This document shows positions 60,002-64,000 of a stretch of 64,000 nt of DNA, one piece after another; position 1 is the first letter of the stretch; the number at the start of each line of letters is the position of its first letter. The notes beneath the pieces were generated by a model. The model searched no databases. It saw nothing but the letters and a program-made list of their open reading frames with translations, and had not been told where the DNA came from. The position numbers and the translations under genes were made by a program. The stretch covers positions 124,001 to 188,000 of the forward strand of contig JAAPAO010000003.1 of NCBI GenBank assembly GCA_013115145.1, in the 5' to 3' direction. The stretch comes from Perkinsus chesapeaki ATCC PRA-425. Taxonomy: Eukaryota > Protista > Perkinsozoa.

Positions 60002-61173
60002 ATGTCCTCCACGACAGGCCAGGGAGGCTTTCCTCTCTTGCTCACCGCGGGTGGCAAGTCCCTCGAACCAGTGTCGCAAGCGGCACTGTCGAAAGCAGCT
60101 CGCATGCTGGGCCAAGATGCTGTGGCGGTACCACCTGTGAAAGCTGCCAATGTGAGCTTCCCTTCCGCAACTGTATCTTATAGCGACACTTTCCTTCTCA
60201 GAAAAGGCCGACGAGGGAGAGTCTTCTCACCTTCGAAGCGCCTCTGCTCCGGCCACACGCTCCTCTGGAAGCCACTGGGGTGGCCCTGAAAAGTGACGAG
60301 ACTGAAGATACTACCTTGGGTATGATCGACCACCAGCACATAGAGATGCTTCCGAGGCCACTTTGTAAAAAGCGAAAAGCAGACTTCTTTGAGCAGCTCC
60401 AGCATGAAGAAGCCACGAAGGGCTCATCTTGCGGCGTAGATCCAGACGAGGTCACTGCCAGCGACCTGGATGCGCTAGAGGCCAGCCTTCCCTTTGGTCC
60501 CGACCAACTGCAAGAGTTCATAATCACGCGGAGGTTCCCTCTGTTGTACGTTGGTGTTGACAGCGCTGGTCTCAACGCGCCTGGGGTGTGCAGTACAGCA
60601 GCTGAGGATCTTATTGCCAACGATGGCATCGTATCGGTGAGGGTGCAGGCGAGAGCCGTAGTTGAGACGAGGGACACCGCGGGAGCACAGGCGAGGGGAG
60701 GACTCTTAGTGGTCGATCAGGACCAGCTCCCGGGATCGAGAAGGGAGTTCGGATTGCCCACAGGGCCTGAGCTGTGCTGGCGGGCCCTTGCGCCCGGCCA
60801 AAGGTTTCATCGCAGCGGTGATGCCGAGGCGCCAGTGGTCCTACCGGGAGGATGGAAATTTCCGAGTAGGCTGTTGAAGGTCGACCGAGAGTGGGTGGAC
60901 ATGCGGGGTAGGGTGGCCTCCTGTGTGCTCGGTGATGGCTTGTGGATCGGCTTCGAGAAGGGCGACAGCGTTCTTGTCTCGGGAGAGAAGGGCCAACTCA
61001 GCCGTCTACTGGAAAGGGTACAGTCCGGAGCAGTCGTGGAGGTGCGGAACTGCTGGGCTTTGCCGGATTGGCTTGTTACCAGTGGCTCACGTGAACTGAG
61101 AGGAGACAGCACCAGCGTGGAGATCCTCCGCATTACTGAGAAGTCTGCCATGTCCCCGAAGTGCCTCGCATGA
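60002..61173 (+). CDS. miniature BRCA2-like protein (one BRC repeat, degenerate helical/OB segment)
   Basis: LLTAGGKSLEPVSQAALSKAARMLG fits the BRC repeat (F.TASGK.V.VS..SL.KA..L). GPELCWRAL...SRLLKVDREWV parallels BRCA2 GKEEFYRAL...PKLISRIWV. VLGDG...LSRLLERVQSGAVVEV is OB1-like. One intron 60152-60201. Alternative start 59963. Confidence 0.55.
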
Positions 61174-61396
61174 CATTAGTGTCATTACCCCTCGGCAAGT
61201 GTTATCTTTTGTTCTAGTTCTAGCTCTACAACTGGGGTCTTTGCCTGTCCCGTCGTGGTGTGCGAAATACTGTAGGTATCTGTTGGACATTCTAGCGCGC
61301 CGTGAGCGACGCTCCTAGAAAGGGACCTCAACCTCCCTTCGGTCGTCCTTATGAGCCCCGTACGATGCTGCTCTGACAGCAGCCTTATGTGGTAGA

Positions 61397-63442
61397 ATGC
61401 TAGTGCGGCATCGCCTTCCCCTTGGCGCAGCGCGCACAACACGGTTTCCAGAGATCATTAGACCATCTGGAGGAACGCCCATCCATCTATACACCGACGA
61501 TGTGGACCAGCACACTATGCAGCAGCTGTGAGGGGCGGGGTCGCGCTATTGGCAATCTACAGCCAAGGCTCAGTGACGGACTTGTGTGGTCAGGGTCAAC
61601 CTTGCTCGGTCGCCGATGGTCGTGGGCTACGTTGCGGCCATGGCTGATGTTCACCTAGGCAAAGTTATGCAGCCGGATGGAGAACGCTCACTGTTCCATA
61701 GTTTTTTCGCAGGTGCTACGATCGGCAGTGTTTTTGCATCGCGGGATTTCGTTTGCCCCAATGCGGTGGGCGTGGACATAGGCTGTGGCATGTGCGCAGT
61801 GAAGGTAGGTCACCTCGTTTCTCGAGGTGTCTAACGTAGGGTCCGTACGGCGTGTCGCTGTCAGTGTAAAGATCCACACCATGCCAAGGGAGATGTTTCA
61901 TTGGAAAATATTCAACATTGAGGAGTGTATTTTCTGTGGTGGTTTGGGAAGGAAGGCCATCAGTCTGATAGCTCGATCGGATGATGGCACCAATTCCGAA
62001 CATTATCGCTTCGCGGCTCTTCGACCATAGTAGCCGTGGCGAGAGTGGCGGCCTTCGTAGAATTGCAGCAATAACGCTTCCGAAATAGGGTTTTGCAGTG
62101 GACGATCTATACGTAGGTTCCAGAGCTATCGAAACATGCTCTGTCGGAACGGTTCTTGACAAGGCTGCATCGTCAGTTGGTGGAGCGAATCCCGACGGGT
62201 ATATGCCAACTGAGAGACGGTTCATGGCATTGCCTACACGTTAGGCTTCAACAGCCACGAAAAAGCATCTTCTGAGATGCGAAAGGCGATGAAGCAATTG
62301 ATAGAGAAACACAACCCTACTGCGCACACTAGGCGGGTGAGCGAATAGCGTATACGATTCGAGCAGCTGACCTGTAGCCAGGTCATCGGCGATCGGCATG
62401 TGAGACAGATCGGCACTCTTGGAGGCGGCAATCATTTCATCGAGCTTCTCTACGATGAGGAGGACGGCATCTGGCTCATGCTGCATTCCGGGAGTCGAAA
62501 TATCGGCAACATTACTGCTCAGCATTACGATGAGTAAATGCGGCGACACAATTTGGTGTCCCCGACTATTAAGGGATATCTGTGAGTCGAGAGGGGTATT
62601 GGACGGTCTCAGGTTGGCAGCGAAGCAGAACGGAACGTCGAAGGAGAACCTTGCGCATCTTGCGATCGCCAGCGAGGCCGGGCAGGACTATTTGCGGGAC
62701 ATGCACTTCTGCCAGGCCTATGCGATGGAGAATCGGAGGTTCATGATGGATTCATTCGTCAGTAGCTACTATCTCCGCCGTCTTGCATCAGTCAGCGTAT
62801 TAGGCGCTGTTAGAGATCTCAGCGGGAGAGCGCCGGATTGGGACACACTCGTGAACATCCATCACAATTACTGTGAGTGTGAGGACTGTGTTTATCGGGA
62901 TCCAGAATCGGGCAAGATAATACGGGATAAGCTGTGGATCACCAGGAAAGGAGCAACTTCGGTACAAACTGGTTCACGCTGTCAAATGATCAGTCTGATT
63001 CTAGGCTCGTAAAGGCCAGCTTGGCATAATACCGGGCAGCATGGGAACCGGGAGCTACATCACTCGAGGGAAGGGCGAGAGCATGGCTTGGAGTTCATGT
63101 TCGTTTCTTCCGCCTTATCGATTCGAGCGTAATCGGTCTCGAACTGTCAACCGTGGCTTTTAGGCTCTCATGGTGCTGGCCGACGGCTGAGCCGGAACGC
63201 CGCTAAGCGGGTGGTCGGAGTTGCCGAATTGAATGAAATGATGGAAGGTATCGTTTGGGACAGCGATGCCGCTAAGTTGGTAGGATCGACTTGCCGGTAT
63301 GAGGATATTCTTATCATCGCTGCAGGTCCGTGATGAAGCACCCGTCGCCTACAAAGATCTCAAAGAAGTGATGGTGAACCAGGAGGACCTGGTCGAGGTC
63401 GTGCATAAGTTACTGCCGTTGATGAACATGAAGGGATATTAG
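61397..63442 (+). CDS. rtcB: RtcB RNA ligase, bacterial (E. coli RtcB-like) type, with N-terminal extension
   Basis: MADVHLG, GATIGSV, PNAVGVDIGCGM, IGTLGGGNHFIE, IWLMLHSGSRNIG, NIHHNY, WITRKGAT, GIIPGSMG, SHGAGRRLSR, DEAPVAYK; multi-exon. Confidence 0.93.
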
Positions 63443-63586
63443 TGTCACCGCACCGTATCGCGTACCGTTGGTTTCGAGTTTCCGTATTGCGGTGCGGTCT
63501 CACTGCTATCCGTAAACACGGTTTTTCCGACTTTCCTAGGATGTGTTGTTCAAGGGAGGGGGAGCGTTCACACCGCAGGGTTTCCC

Positions 63587-64000
63587 ATGAAGAGTGTTTT
63601 CCTCCGAGCGAGCGAGATCTCAGAGGCGGCATGTGGCCTGAGGCGTTTCCTCAATAACGATGTGAATCGACGGCACTTCCTGTCAGAAGGGGTGTCATTC
63701 AAAAAGTACCCTTGGGATTTCAAGGTTGACGAAATCCCAGACGATTCCGCCAGTGCGGCATCCGAGCACTTCATCAATTTCACTTTATGGAAGAAAGATT
63801 TGACAACTCGCGAAGCGCTCGTGGACATTTCCAAGAAGACAGGTATCAGCATGAAGGCTTGGTCCGTTGCTGGATGGAAAGATAGGAAAGCAATAACAAC
63901 TCAGAGGGTATCTATCCAAGCCGATCTGAAAGAGAAGCTTATGCAGTATCTGAGCAACGATTCAGTACGATTGTCCGACTTCACTCCTGGGAACCAGCTC
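63587..64000 (+). CDS. tRNA pseudouridine synthase TruD/Pus7 family (runs off window end)
   Basis: KKYPWDFKVDEI, FTLWKKDLTTREAL, AGWKDRKAITTQRVS (GxKDxxAxTxQ catalytic motif). Confidence 0.9.
   Translation, partial: MKSVFLRASEISEAACGLRRFLNNDVNRRHFLSEGVSFKKYPWDFKVDEIPDDSASAASEHFINFTLWKKDLTTREALVDISKKTGISMKAWSVAGWKDRKAITTQRVSIQADLKEKLMQYLSNDSVRLSDFTPGNQL

Noticed and set aside
61827-62030. 67-aa ORF inside the long RtcB intron
   Set aside because: Not needed for the RtcB frame and has no recognisable motif.
932-63852. Most remaining short ORFs in the supplied track
   Set aside because: Antisense or alternative-frame shadows of GC-rich exons.
1-64000. CRISPR arrays, rRNA, transposase/RT/integrase genes, telomeric repeats
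   Set aside because: No repeat-spacer arrays, rRNA signatures, or mobile-element protein motifs were seen.

Overview
Gene-dense eukaryotic DNA, most likely from a perkinsid alveolate (Perkinsus-like). This is inferred from many short (~40-60 nt) GT/GC-AG introns, ~100-nt intergenic gaps and long single-strand gene runs. About 33 protein-coding genes lie in four unidirectional blocks: minus to ~3.2 kb, plus 3.5-18.9 kb, minus 19.1-38.8 kb, plus 39.4-64 kb. Recognisable genes: PSMD5-like, THOC2, ProA, EXD-type exonuclease, RBBP5-like, kinesin-14, PRMT5, WNK kinase, V-ATPase H, U2A', U2AF65-like, PIG-S, bZIP, cytochrome b5 reductase, RING E3, two different RtcB ligases, TruD/Pus7, and an initiator tRNA-Met nested antisense in an intron. 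Most unusual: (1) a eukaryotic-type and a bacterial-type RtcB (the latter with a possible mitochondrial presequence) flanking a miniature BRCA2-like gene and followed by TruD; (2) an intron-containing, NCLDV-like AEP primase domain fused to SH3; (3) a WNK kinase carrying a peptidoglycan-binding-like domain; (4) a ~500-nt PIG-S intron holding two related hairpin-forming elements, a candidate ncRNA family. All calls come from manual translation and motif recognition; no database search was run, and exon boundaries are approximate unless stated.
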